The notes beneath the pieces are model-generated. The model saw nothing but the letters and a program-made list of their open reading frames with translations, made no database searches and was not told the origin of the DNA. From a virus, in IMG/VR virus record IMGVR_UViG_3300045988_168552: DNA of 64,000 nt, one strand, 5' to 3'. Positions 18,583 through 27,550 of the stretch are shown piece after piece; position 1 is the first letter of the stretch; the number at the start of each line of letters is the position of its first letter. A program made the position numbers and the translations under genes.

Positions 18583-19659
18583 ATGTTTGAGGAGATATGT
18601 TCCATCTATCGGGATGCGAAAGATGCACTCGGAAGATACGTCGATATGGAGACGGGCGAGTGCATCACGCAGATGTCTATCCGTGAGTTCTGTCTTACGG
18701 ATAGGTGGAAGCCGTATGTAGAGAAGCTGAGAGACATGCGGCAGGAATTTGGCAGCAAGGCGAAGAAGATGTCGGAGTACATCGAAACAAAAAAGATGCT
18801 TCCGGGAGCCACACTGAGCGGTCTCTTCCGTCTTTACGAAGACGAAAGCCTTACCCACCCCGGTCAGCGGGTGATGGTTTCCCGAAGAGAAACCCACCTT
18901 CAGCAGCATACTGGATGGCTCGCCATCGACATCGACCTTCAGGACAATCAGCAGCTTACCAATTTCGAGAATATCCGCATGGTGACTCGCTTCCGCCCGG
19001 AGATAGGCTTGCTGATGCGTTCCTGTTCGGGTACCGGATATTTCGGACTGGTTCGCCTGGCTTATCCCGATAGGCACAAGGAGCAGTTCAAGGCTATCCT
19101 CAAGGAATACGCAGCCCTGGGAATTGTGCTCGACAAGCAATGTGGCAATATCGGACGTGTGCGCTTCGCCTCATGGGATGATGCCGACCATATATATATT
19201 AATAATAATGTACAACCATACCTAGGCTTGGCGACAGATGAGCCGCAGGTGATACCACAGGCACGCCCGATGTATCGGCAGACGCAGAGTAACACCTCTG
19301 CTGTTTACGGCAATGGCTACGACAATAAAGCCTTCTGGAATGATCCTCGCACGCAAGACCGCATCATCGAACTCATCGTAAAAGCCTTGGTGAGCCGAAA
19401 CATCAACATCACGGAAAGCTACGATGAGTGGACCAAGGCAGGTTGGGCATTGAAGGCGCATCCCTATGGCGAACGTCTGTTTCACGAGCTTTCGGCATGT
19501 AGTCAGAAATACAATGCTGCTCAAGCATCGCAGAAGTGGCGACAGTTGGGCAGAAGCACCACCGTGAGTTACAATTACCTCATCCACGCCTGCAAGGAGA
19601 ATTTAGGCCAAGGAGAATATCACTCTATCCTGCAGCAGGTATGGAGGGAAAGAGGCTAA
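18583..19659 (+). CDS. primase/replication-initiation-like protein (AEP-like N-terminus, PriCT-2-like C-terminus)
   Basis: 'WLAIDIDL' acidic motif. 'ESYDEWTKAGWALKAHPYGERLFHELSACSQKYNAAQASQKW' resembles the primase C-terminal 2 domain. Adjacent to the iteron region. Confidence 0.5.
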   Translation: MFEEICSIYRDAKDALGRYVDMETGECITQMSIREFCLTDRWKPYVEKLRDMRQEFGSKAKKMSEYIETKKMLPGATLSGLFRLYEDESLTHPGQRVMVSRRETHLQQHTGWLAIDIDLQDNQQLTNFENIRMVTRFRPEIGLLMRSCSGTGYFGLVRLAYPDRHKEQFKAILKEYAALGIVLDKQCGNIGRVRFASWDDADHIYINNNVQPYLGLATDEPQVIPQARPMYRQTQSNTSAVYGNGYDNKAFWNDPRTQDRIIELIVKALVSRNINITESYDEWTKAGWALKAHPYGERLFHELSACSQKYNAAQASQKWRQLGRSTTVSYNYLIHACKENLGQGEYHSILQQVWRERG

Positions 19660-19690
19660 TAAGAAAAGTTTTTTAAATACGTATAAGATT

Positions 19691-19975
19691 ATGGCAAAGA
19701 GAAATGTAAAAATCCCGAAGGGGTCATGGCTCGACCAGAAAGGTCAGCGATGGATGAAAGTAATATTCGATGTAATGTCCGGTTTCGGGGGGTGTGAAAA
19801 GTTCATCCGTCAGATCAATTTGGACTTCACCTGCAACTTCGATTTCGGACTGAAAAGATATGTAGTTAATATGGATGATTATGGTAATCTGCGAAACGTT
19901 GTGTTGCAGAAATACCCATCGCTGGCGAGGTATGGAGCCTTCCGACTGGTGATGACAACTCATCAAGTAAAATGA
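19691..19975 (+). CDS. hypothetical protein
   Basis: ORF track; no motif recognised. Confidence 0.5.
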   Translation: MAKRNVKIPKGSWLDQKGQRWMKVIFDVMSGFGGCEKFIRQINLDFTCNFDFGLKRYVVNMDDYGNLRNVVLQKYPSLARYGAFRLVMTTHQVK

Positions 19976-19982
19976 TAAGATT

Positions 19983-20516
19983 ATGAAATTGATAACGATT
20001 ATTGGTCCCTCTGGGGCTGGCAAGGATACGGTAGCGCTCATGTTGTCTGCCATCCTGGGATATGAAGTGCTTTGTTCCTATACCACCAGACCTATGCGTG
20101 AAGGTGAAGTGGACGGCAAGGAGCATCATTTTGTCAAGGAATGCAACGTTCCCAAAAGCGAAATGCTTGCTTATACCCGATACGGCAACTATGAGTATTG
20201 GACGGAGAAGAAACAGATAAATGGTGCTGCCATTTATGTCATCGACGAGAAAGGACTGATGGAGCTGATGGAGCGCTGCCCGAAGGCTAAGATCATCACC
20301 GTCTATGTTTCGGCAAAGCCGGAAACTTTGAAGAAGCGCGGTATCTCTGAGGAACGTACCGACAGAGACCAGTATCGTGTTCAGATTGATTTCAACAGCT
20401 ATGACTATGTGATACCCAACAACCGCTCGATATTCCATCTTTGGGATTTCGTGGCGTTCGTAGCCAAGAAAATAAGAGAGCAGGAATTGGGCATTCCTAA
20501 CCATGCTGTAAAGTAA
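19983..20516 (+). CDS. guanylate-kinase-like nucleotide kinase
   Basis: P-loop 'GPSGAGKDT'. Guanylate kinase signature-like 'YTTRPMREGEVDGKEHHFV'. Confidence 0.8.
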   Translation: MKLITIIGPSGAGKDTVALMLSAILGYEVLCSYTTRPMREGEVDGKEHHFVKECNVPKSEMLAYTRYGNYEYWTEKKQINGAAIYVIDEKGLMELMERCPKAKIITVYVSAKPETLKKRGISEERTDRDQYRVQIDFNSYDYVIPNNRSIFHLWDFVAFVAKKIREQELGIPNHAVK

Positions 20517-20609
20517 GTTCAAAGTGAATATCCAGTACCGTTACAATACAGACTGAGTACAGACTGAGCATAGATAGAATAATATATAAACATCAAATAA
20601 AGAAACAAT

Positions 20610-21497
20610 ATGAAAATGATAATTCCTGGTGTTGAGTGGTGGCCTCAGAAGACCGCCGCTCAACAGATTGCTCGAGTAGGCAGAGTTTGCTACAAGAGCA
20701 AAGGTAAGCAGCCTGACGAGAATCTTCCTGAAGACAAGAAAGAAGATTTTCTGGAGAAACAGGCAGTGCAGTTGGCCAACCGATTCTGGGAGAGCGGCCA
20801 CCGCTCCATGTACCGACATGGTACCCTTTACTTCTTCGTGAAGAACGATAGTAGGCTGCCAAAACACCTCTGGTCTTTCCTCGTTGCATCACCTTACATC
20901 AATTATGCAGTGCAGGAAAAGAAGGTATGGATCAGCAGCAATATGCAGTTCCTTTGCGAGCACGGCAATATATTCGAAATGCTATCCCCATTCAATGTGA
21001 AGGAAGCCGAGTTTATCGAAAAGGCGCAGAAATATGATTGCAAGGAAGCACTCAATCTCCTCCGAATGACGCTGGTGGTGACTACGCAGATCAGCACCAG
21101 CCGTGAGTTGAACCGCACATCACCTAATAGCATCAGTGAGCAGAGTACACGCTATGTGAACCTTGAGAAGAAAGGTGGCGTGCAGATTGCCCGTCCCCAT
21201 TGGTTGCACGAGGGCACCCGCTGGCAGAAGTTCCTCTATCTCACCGGCTGCAAGATTGCCGACTGGCTCTATCGTCGATTGCTGAAATCGGGCATGAAGC
21301 CACAGGATGCAAGAGGCATTCTTCCTCTTGATACCTATACGGTAGTAGCTTACACCTACACCATCACCGAGTGGCAGCATATCCTCGACCTCCGCTTCAG
21401 AGAAACCACCGGCAAGGCGCATCCTAATGCCAAAGAGGTAGCCTTCGAGATCAACCGCATCATTGATGAAAGAATGGAGGCATTTAATAACAAATAA
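20610..21497 (+). CDS. thyX: ThyX-like (flavin-dependent thymidylate synthase family) protein
   Basis: 'ESGHRSMYRHG', 'SEQSTRYV' and 'QDARGILPLDT' resemble ThyX blocks. In my manual alignment the RHR signature reads R-T-S. Confidence 0.65.
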   Translation: MKMIIPGVEWWPQKTAAQQIARVGRVCYKSKGKQPDENLPEDKKEDFLEKQAVQLANRFWESGHRSMYRHGTLYFFVKNDSRLPKHLWSFLVASPYINYAVQEKKVWISSNMQFLCEHGNIFEMLSPFNVKEAEFIEKAQKYDCKEALNLLRMTLVVTTQISTSRELNRTSPNSISEQSTRYVNLEKKGGVQIARPHWLHEGTRWQKFLYLTGCKIADWLYRRLLKSGMKPQDARGILPLDTYTVVAYTYTITEWQHILDLRFRETTGKAHPNAKEVAFEINRIIDERMEAFNNK

Positions 21498-21516
21498 AAA
21501 AGTAAGCAATCAGTCT

Positions 21517-21669
21517 ATGCCACGTCGCATTCATAAAGATTGCCCTTTTACAGCCGAAGAGATAGACGAGTTTCACGCTATGCTCTATAACGTGAACACG
21601 TCTTTCCCGTGCATCAATCCCGCACCCGTATCATGGCTGAAAGGCTTTCAGAATTATAGCAGTAAATAA
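21517..21669 (+). CDS. possible small protein (50 aa)
   Basis: Internal ATG of track ORF 21463..21669, chosen to avoid overlap with the thyX-like gene. No motif recognised. Confidence 0.25.
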   Translation: MPRRIHKDCPFTAEEIDEFHAMLYNVNTSFPCINPAPVSWLKGFQNYSSK

Positions 21670-21759
21670 TCGCCGTTAAGGGAGATTATGATTAATAGAG
21701 CCTCTTATGCCTCTTTTTTATGACGGTTTCCAAAATTGCAACTGTCATAAATGGAGCCT

Positions 21760-21784
21760 CCGTTCCCAGCGATTCCGTCGCTGG
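21760..21784 (+). repeat. CCAGCGA hairpin element, copy
   Basis: 'CCGTTCCCAGCGATTCCGTCGCTGG': 7-bp stem CCAGCGA/TCGCTGG, loop TTCCG. 36 nt upstream of the 21821 start. Confidence 0.8.
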
Positions 21785-21820
21785 TTCGTACAGAAAAAAG
21801 TAAAAAAGCAATAAAAAGCA

Positions 21821-22795
21821 ATGGGAACAAAAAACAAAAAACAACAGCAGCAGGCATTGGCCAAGCGTGAGCAGCAGATCAGAAATCTGCCGACCATCTA
21901 TACTTTCAACTTCAAGGATGTGCCTGCAGAGCAATATATCAAACCATTGGAAACTCTCTTTTCCAATGCCGATTTCTATAATTTGATGGAGAATCGTAAC
22001 GAGATGGTACGTTCTGCTTGCCGCATTCCTCAGAACTCTCCTAAGATGCCCCTGCTTATCAAGGCTATCCAGGATAAGGATCTGAAACTTGCCAAGCAGG
22101 TATATGCCGCACTCGTACAGATAAACCTGCACAGCAAGGTAACTTTCGATTTCCTCAATTTCGGTCAGTTGCTCCGTTATTACGTAGATTATTCCAAGCC
22201 AGGCATCCGTGAGACGGTTTCCCGCCTTTCCATTAATCTCGACAAGATAACTTTCTATGCCGATAGTCTGGAAGACCTTCTTAACCAGGCAAGAGCGGAT
22301 ATGAGAGAAATTTTCAATGGCACTACCGAGTTCAAGCAGTTTGATGGTGTAGTGGAAAGCCTGAAGCAGTTGGAAGGTTTCTTCAATTATTCCCGCACCA
22401 AAGACATCAACAGCAAAGATAATGCCCTCTACTGCGAGTATGCCGACAGCATCAATGCCTATATGGAGAAGCGAATGCAGACCTATTCGGCAAAATACCG
22501 CAAGCTGCATCCCCAGCTCCCTGGCTTCACCCAGGATCAGATGATAGAAGCCCTCAACCTCTTCTTCGAGGAGAACGGTAAGTTCAATGAGAGCTTCATC
22601 AGTACTACCGAGAGTGGAGGCAAGTATATCGATGCCGTAAAGCTCTCCTTCAACATCGACGAAGAGCAGACCCAGAAGCTCGATAAGCTGGTACCCAAGC
22701 CGAAGGAAGGCAACTCCATCCAGAAGTATTGCCTGAACGTTACCGATGCAATCATGCTCTACTATGCCCAGCAGAAAGGCATCTCCTTCGCCTAA
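21821..22795 (+). CDS. hypothetical protein (324 aa)
   Basis: ORF track. Preferred over the antisense ORF 21692..22510, which is hydrophobic and of low complexity. Confidence 0.65.
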   Translation: MGTKNKKQQQQALAKREQQIRNLPTIYTFNFKDVPAEQYIKPLETLFSNADFYNLMENRNEMVRSACRIPQNSPKMPLLIKAIQDKDLKLAKQVYAALVQINLHSKVTFDFLNFGQLLRYYVDYSKPGIRETVSRLSINLDKITFYADSLEDLLNQARADMREIFNGTTEFKQFDGVVESLKQLEGFFNYSRTKDINSKDNALYCEYADSINAYMEKRMQTYSAKYRKLHPQLPGFTQDQMIEALNLFFEENGKFNESFISTTESGGKYIDAVKLSFNIDEEQTQKLDKLVPKPKEGNSIQKYCLNVTDAIMLYYAQQKGISFA

Positions 22796-22814
22796 TCAAT
22801 AAAGTAAAAAAACA

Positions 22815-23546
22815 ATGCCAAATATCTATCTCCGTCTCCCCACCTCCCGCTGCCAGTTTTTCCGGCACCGCGATCCCAAGCTCACCCTGGCAAAGGATGA
22901 GCCAGTGGTGTTCAGTAACTACTCGCACGAGCACTTCATCATGCGCAACTCCCTCATCAATGCTCCAGCCCGCAGCAGCCGCATCGACCTCGGCTGTTTC
23001 TCCCAGCAGCAATGGTGCAATATGCTCACGGGCAGGCACCCTGCCGGAGGCAAGGTAATGATGCGCCGTGATGCCGGAAACTGGCTCACCTTCCGAGAGG
23101 TTCAGCAGCTTAACGGTCGCCTGACCGACGGCAAGGGAGCCAATGATGATTACCTCTGCATCCGCTTACCCAGCGAAGTAGAGATTGTCGATACCGTTTA
23201 TTCCGTAAAGCCTACCTTTACCCTCGATACGAACGGCATGCGTGCGCTGGCGGTCTCACTCAACAACGATTTCAAGCGCAGCCTCGTAGAATGGTCGCTA
23301 TCCACCTTCGACTTTTGTACGTCCAAAGGCAGGGTTATCGCCCGCTCCCATAACGCTATGCTGGAGCGGTACTTAATGCGATATGGTATAGAAGCCAGTG
23401 AGGAAGAGAAAGACGTATTGCGCCGCATCATCGGCAGGTGGTTCCGCACGGAGCACTGCTTCTTCAAGTCCTATTCCTGCGTGGATATGCAGTATAAAGA
23501 TAGCCGTGATAAGCCCAATCGCATCGATGAAGTGCAGTGGCTATGA
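22815..23546 (+). CDS. hypothetical protein (243 aa)
   Basis: ORF track; A-rich leader; no motif recognised. Confidence 0.65.
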   Translation: MPNIYLRLPTSRCQFFRHRDPKLTLAKDEPVVFSNYSHEHFIMRNSLINAPARSSRIDLGCFSQQQWCNMLTGRHPAGGKVMMRRDAGNWLTFREVQQLNGRLTDGKGANDDYLCIRLPSEVEIVDTVYSVKPTFTLDTNGMRALAVSLNNDFKRSLVEWSLSTFDFCTSKGRVIARSHNAMLERYLMRYGIEASEEEKDVLRRIIGRWFRTEHCFFKSYSCVDMQYKDSRDKPNRIDEVQWL

Positions 23547-23620
23547 TTTTACACCTTATATAATAAGTGTTAATTCATAAGATAATAAACGTTAAATAAT
23601 AGATAAATCAAGGAAACGAT

Positions 23621-24109
23621 ATGAATTTACCCGATAGTTGCAGAGAGTTATTTCTTGAGGGAGTAACTGATGCTTATTTTTATGCCGTAAGGGACAGTTC
23701 CGTCCCTATTCCATTCAGCATACCGCTGATATTGCAGATAAACGGATGCAAGTTTGCCGGCGAAGCACTCCATGTTGCCACCAGTGAGGGCAATAATTAT
23801 GTAATATCTGATGGCATCACCGCTAAGCAGACTTCTTCAGAGGGTGGCAACGGTACCGTCTTCAAGTTCGAGATTACCGCCAATATCCGTGACGGAAAGG
23901 GAAATATACCCGAAATTATCAAGAATATGCACGGAAAGGACTATTATATAGTCTTGCGCAAGCAGGATGACTCGCTTTATCTGTGCCATACGCTGCCTGG
24001 CACCTTCGGTATCACCGATTCCGTAACCAGTCAGAACGATGCTGAGACCCGTAGTATTACGGCTATCTGTCAGGCGATGTCGGAGTTTATTCCGATAACG
24101 ATTTCTTAA
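23621..24109 (+). CDS. hypothetical protein (162 aa)
   Basis: ORF track; followed by a strong terminator. Confidence 0.6.
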   Translation: MNLPDSCRELFLEGVTDAYFYAVRDSSVPIPFSIPLILQINGCKFAGEALHVATSEGNNYVISDGITAKQTSSEGGNGTVFKFEITANIRDGKGNIPEIIKNMHGKDYYIVLRKQDDSLYLCHTLPGTFGITDSVTSQNDAETRSITAICQAMSEFIPITIS

Positions 24110-24198
24110 TTAGTTACCGAAAAATCAGTATCTAATTATCTTCTAGTTTTTTTTAAAAAGCTTATATTCATAATAATGTTAAATTAGATTTGAGTTTC

Positions 24199-24232
24199 AG
24201 CCCTGCCGTCCGTGAGGATCGCAGGGTTTTTT
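24199..24232 (+). terminator. rho-independent terminator
   Basis: AGCCCTGC...GCAGGG followed by TTTTTT. The same element occurs inverted at 59870-59905. Confidence 0.7.
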
Positions 24233-24302
24233 ATTTTCTCCTAAATCATAGCTATTTCGGCATATAGGCTTATTTTGTCCCTATACGCCCACGCATTTCC
24301 AT

Positions 24303-24310
24303 TACCTTTG
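24303..24310 (+). promoter_or_regulatory. -7 box TAccTTTG for the head module
   Basis: Matches TAnnTTTG about 105 nt upstream of 24415. Confidence 0.45.
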
Positions 24311-24414
24311 CCCTCAGAAAATATCAATAGTCTTCTAGCATAATAACAAGGTAAGGAGATTTGTTTTCAGGATAACGATAACATACATTAATTTTTAAAA
24401 TTCTATTACCCACA

Positions 24415-26046
24415 ATGAAAGGTCTTTATGAAATTCTGACCGAAAAGAAGTGGATGGTGAACCCCGATTTCGTGCATGGCATTCGCAAAACGATCGAGCA
24501 GAACTTAAATACTCATACAGCGTTTACCAAACCGGAAAAGACTTGTGGATTCGTCACTGCAAAGGATGATAAAGGAAACACCTACTATCCGGAGGAATAT
24601 CAGATTTCCGAGGATGGCAAGCAGGTGAGAGCTAACTATCAGCTCGACTATCCGGAAGATGATGAGCGGGCGCAGAACTTTCCGTTTGTTTCGGTTCTCA
24701 CCGTAGATGGTCCTATCACTCGAAATGGTGGATATTGCTCTTATGGTTCTATCGACCATCGCGATATGATGATGCGTGCGGCTGATCATCCGCTTTGCCG
24801 AGGTCATCTTTTTATCATCAATACTCCTGGCGGTTCGGCTTGGGCTAAGAACGATTACGCACTTGCCATCGACTATGCCCACTCCAAAGGTCAGAAGGTT
24901 ATTGCTCTGGTAGATGGTATGTGTGCCAGTGCAGGTATGTATCTCGCTTCTCTTTGCGATGAGCGATATTACCTGAATCCGAAAGACCAGGTTGGTTGCA
25001 TCGGCGTGATGGCTGCATTCTATACTTTGGCTAATGGCTCAAAGGATAAATACACGGATGAGACTTATCACGAGGAGTATGACCCAGAGTCATTCGACAA
25101 GAATAAGGCTTACCGCGACATCGCCAACAAGAACGACAACAAGGAACTCGTAAAAGAGCTTGCCGAGTTGGGTGTGGAGTTCAGAGCCGATGTAAAGAAA
25201 GCCTGTCCTAACGCTATTGAGGATGTTCACCTGAAAGGTAAGGTCTTCAATGCTGAAGACGTGAAGGGAATCCTTATGGATGACCAGAGTACCTTTATGG
25301 TTTGCGTTCAGCGTTGTTTCGCTCTCTACAACGGCACAGCCGAGCCTATCAAACGAGAGGCTTCTATCCAAAAGCCGGAACCGGAAGATAACGAGCCGGA
25401 GCAGGCATCAGCATCCACCGCACAAGAAAATCATCAACATACTATTCATCAAAAATCAATCAATATGGCAAATTATCCAAAGATCAACGCCGCTTGCGGT
25501 ATGCAGGATGGTCAGCAGATTGAGGTGAAGGAGGAAGGCGCATTCATGAATGCCCCATTGCTCGACACCCTCGAAGCTCATCTCGCATCACAGGAGCAGG
25601 CTGTGGCTGATGCAAAGCAGAAAGCCACTACAGCAGAGCAGAGTCTTGCTGACCTTCAGGCAAAGCACGACGCACTCGCTGAGACCATCGCCCAGAAGGA
25701 CGAGGAAATCAAGAATCTGAAAGAGGCAAAGGCTAAGGCCGATGAGGACATCAAAGCCCTCAATGACGCTAAGGCAAAGACTGATGAGGAGAAGGCAAAG
25801 GTAGATGAGGAGCTGAAGACTGCACAGGCTTCTCTTGCTACTGCCCAGCAGACCATCGCCGACAAGGACGCTCAGATTGCTGAGTTGAACGAGAATCCAG
25901 GCGAGGAGCCAGCACAGGGTGCAGCACCTCAGAACAACGGCGAAGGTGCAAAGGCTCAGAACCTCCGTGAGTTTGATCCATCGAAGTATAAGACCAATGC
26001 CGAGCGCAAGGCAGCTTTCGAGCGTTTCAAGCGAGGCGAGGAGTAA
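24415..26046 (+). CDS. S49 (SppA/ClpP-like) prohead protease fused to a coiled-coil scaffold domain
   Basis: 'FIINTPGGSAW' and 'MCASAGMYLAS' (Ser nucleophile context). The C-terminal 150 aa are a K/A/E/D coiled coil, e.g. 'KAKADEDIKALNDAKAKTDEEKAKVDEELK'. Immediately upstream of the capsid gene. Confidence 0.8.
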   Translation: MKGLYEILTEKKWMVNPDFVHGIRKTIEQNLNTHTAFTKPEKTCGFVTAKDDKGNTYYPEEYQISEDGKQVRANYQLDYPEDDERAQNFPFVSVLTVDGPITRNGGYCSYGSIDHRDMMMRAADHPLCRGHLFIINTPGGSAWAKNDYALAIDYAHSKGQKVIALVDGMCASAGMYLASLCDERYYLNPKDQVGCIGVMAAFYTLANGSKDKYTDETYHEEYDPESFDKNKAYRDIANKNDNKELVKELAELGVEFRADVKKACPNAIEDVHLKGKVFNAEDVKGILMDDQSTFMVCVQRCFALYNGTAEPIKREASIQKPEPEDNEPEQASASTAQENHQHTIHQKSINMANYPKINAACGMQDGQQIEVKEEGAFMNAPLLDTLEAHLASQEQAVADAKQKATTAEQSLADLQAKHDALAETIAQKDEEIKNLKEAKAKADEDIKALNDAKAKTDEEKAKVDEELKTAQASLATAQQTIADKDAQIAELNENPGEEPAQGAAPQNNGEGAKAQNLREFDPSKYKTNAERKAAFERFKRGEE

Positions 26047-26096
26047 TCTTCATTTTTCATTTAATTTCATTTCATCTTATTTAAATTTTAATTATT

Positions 26097-27401
26097 ATGG
26101 CAAATCTTCCTAAAGATTTTATCGGCACCACTGCCCTTGAGCACGTAGCCGAGCAGGTGAGCAAGGAAATCCTGATGGGTCCAGGCTACACCGATGCAGA
26201 GGAAATGGATCGCCTCGGCATTCAGGTTATCAGCGGTATGCAGTTTAAGCGTACCTTCAACATCTTCCTCCGTAAGGGTGGTACTACCCGCCGTAAGGAT
26301 GTTCACGCTAAAGTGAGCAGCCAGGCAGGATTCCTCAAGGAACGTACTTTGACAGTGAAGCTTACTTGGGACCACTTTGACGATAACATCGATAACTACT
26401 GCGAGACACCTTTCGGTACAGACGCACAAGGTCAGTACCCTCTCTCTACCCAGGCTACAGAGGCTATCCTGAAGGATTACGCCGACAACCTTACAGCTTG
26501 CTTGTGGTTCGGTGATATTGACCTCGATAACGGCGATGAGACCGTTCCTGCAAAGGATCAGGCTCTTGCATTGTATGATGGTTATCATACCTGCGTAAAG
26601 CACGACATCGAGGATGCCCTTATCTCTGAGGCTAACGGCAACCTTATCCAGTGTGATGCCATCGAGGAGCCTGCCGACAACAACGACTCTACTCCATTCG
26701 ATAACTTCGTCGACTGGTACTTCAAGTGGGATGCACGTCTGCGCAAGCAGAAGGTAATGGTCTATATGGACGAATCTACTGCCCGCAACATTGCAGCCGG
26801 TTACGCTAACAAGTATCACGGCAACTTCAAGGTAGAACCAGAGGCAGGTGACAACTTCAAGTTGCCAGGTTACTCTAAGGTAACCATCTGTCCTGTATCA
26901 GACTTCGGTACTGGCGGCCGTATGTATGCTACCGTAGAGGGTAACTTCGTTTACGGTGTTGATACAGAGAACAATAAGACTTTCGTCAGCGTTCGTGTAG
27001 GCTCTGACACCGATCACAGAACTATCTCTTTCCAGATTCAAAGTATTCAGGGTGCAGGTATCAAGGTGCCATTCTCTAGCAGCCTGTGCGTCAGCCCAGG
27101 TAAGCTTGAGAACCCAGGTTACAAGGCAGGTGATTACATCGACTCTAACCTCACCGTCACCCTCGCAAAGAACAGCACTGCTGATGCTGGTGAGATTGAT
27201 GGTAGCGTGAAGGTTAACGGTAAGCCTTACACCGACCCTGTTGACACCAACGCCAACGACGTGCTGACTCTTGAGGCAGTAGATGGCGAAACTAACTTCG
27301 CCTTCGATCACTGGAGCAACGACAGCAAGGAGAAGAAGATTCAGGTAATCGCCAGCGGCACAAGCATGGCTTACACCGCCTTTTTCAAGAAGAAGGGTTA
27401 A
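26097..27401 (+). CDS. major capsid protein with extra C-terminal Ig/B-repeat-like domain
   Basis: 434 aa, directly after the protease/scaffold. The antisense ORF was rejected. The C-terminal ~85 aa resemble a Listeria-Bacteroides repeat ('VLTLEAVDGETNFAFDHWS...MAYTAFF'). Confidence 0.7.
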   Translation: MANLPKDFIGTTALEHVAEQVSKEILMGPGYTDAEEMDRLGIQVISGMQFKRTFNIFLRKGGTTRRKDVHAKVSSQAGFLKERTLTVKLTWDHFDDNIDNYCETPFGTDAQGQYPLSTQATEAILKDYADNLTACLWFGDIDLDNGDETVPAKDQALALYDGYHTCVKHDIEDALISEANGNLIQCDAIEEPADNNDSTPFDNFVDWYFKWDARLRKQKVMVYMDESTARNIAAGYANKYHGNFKVEPEAGDNFKLPGYSKVTICPVSDFGTGGRMYATVEGNFVYGVDTENNKTFVSVRVGSDTDHRTISFQIQSIQGAGIKVPFSSSLCVSPGKLENPGYKAGDYIDSNLTVTLAKNSTADAGEIDGSVKVNGKPYTDPVDTNANDVLTLEAVDGETNFAFDHWSNDSKEKKIQVIASGTSMAYTAFFKKKG

Positions 27402-27413
27402 CCCCCTCTCCTG

Positions 27414-27441
27414 CCCCCGTTCCCAGCGATTCCATCGCTGG
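27414..27441 (+). repeat. CCAGCGA hairpin element, copy
   Basis: 'CCCCCGTTCCCAGCGATTCCATCGCTGG', 13 nt after the capsid stop. Confidence 0.85.
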
Positions 27442-27550
27442 TCCAACAGGCAAAAAGGCAGTCCTCTATAAATCCTCGGCGGCGGTCGCCTGACCTGGCG
27501 GAATATGGCTTCCGTCGCCATTTCGTTAAATCATCAAAAAAGATACAATT

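Noticed and set aside
18381-18590. ORFs 18381..18590 and 62873..63148, which both contain 'PGRCPGLGASA'
   Set aside because: The shared peptide is just the translation of the MITE/REP-like repeat, so they are not coding.
18532-19140. 202-aa minus-strand ORF, and 19866..20522 (218 aa), opposite the primase-like and kinase genes
   Set aside because: The plus-strand ORFs carry recognisable motifs (PriCT-2-like, P-loop/guanylate kinase). The minus ORFs carry none.
21692-22510. 272-aa minus-strand ORF overlapping the 21821..22795 plus-strand ORF
   Set aside because: Its translation is hydrophobic and of low complexity, typical of the antisense of a real gene. The plus-strand ORF has normal composition, an A-rich leader and fits the operon.
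26088-26819. 243-aa minus-strand ORF inside the capsid gene (also 26898..27521)
   Set aside because: Antisense shadow of the capsid gene, with no start context.
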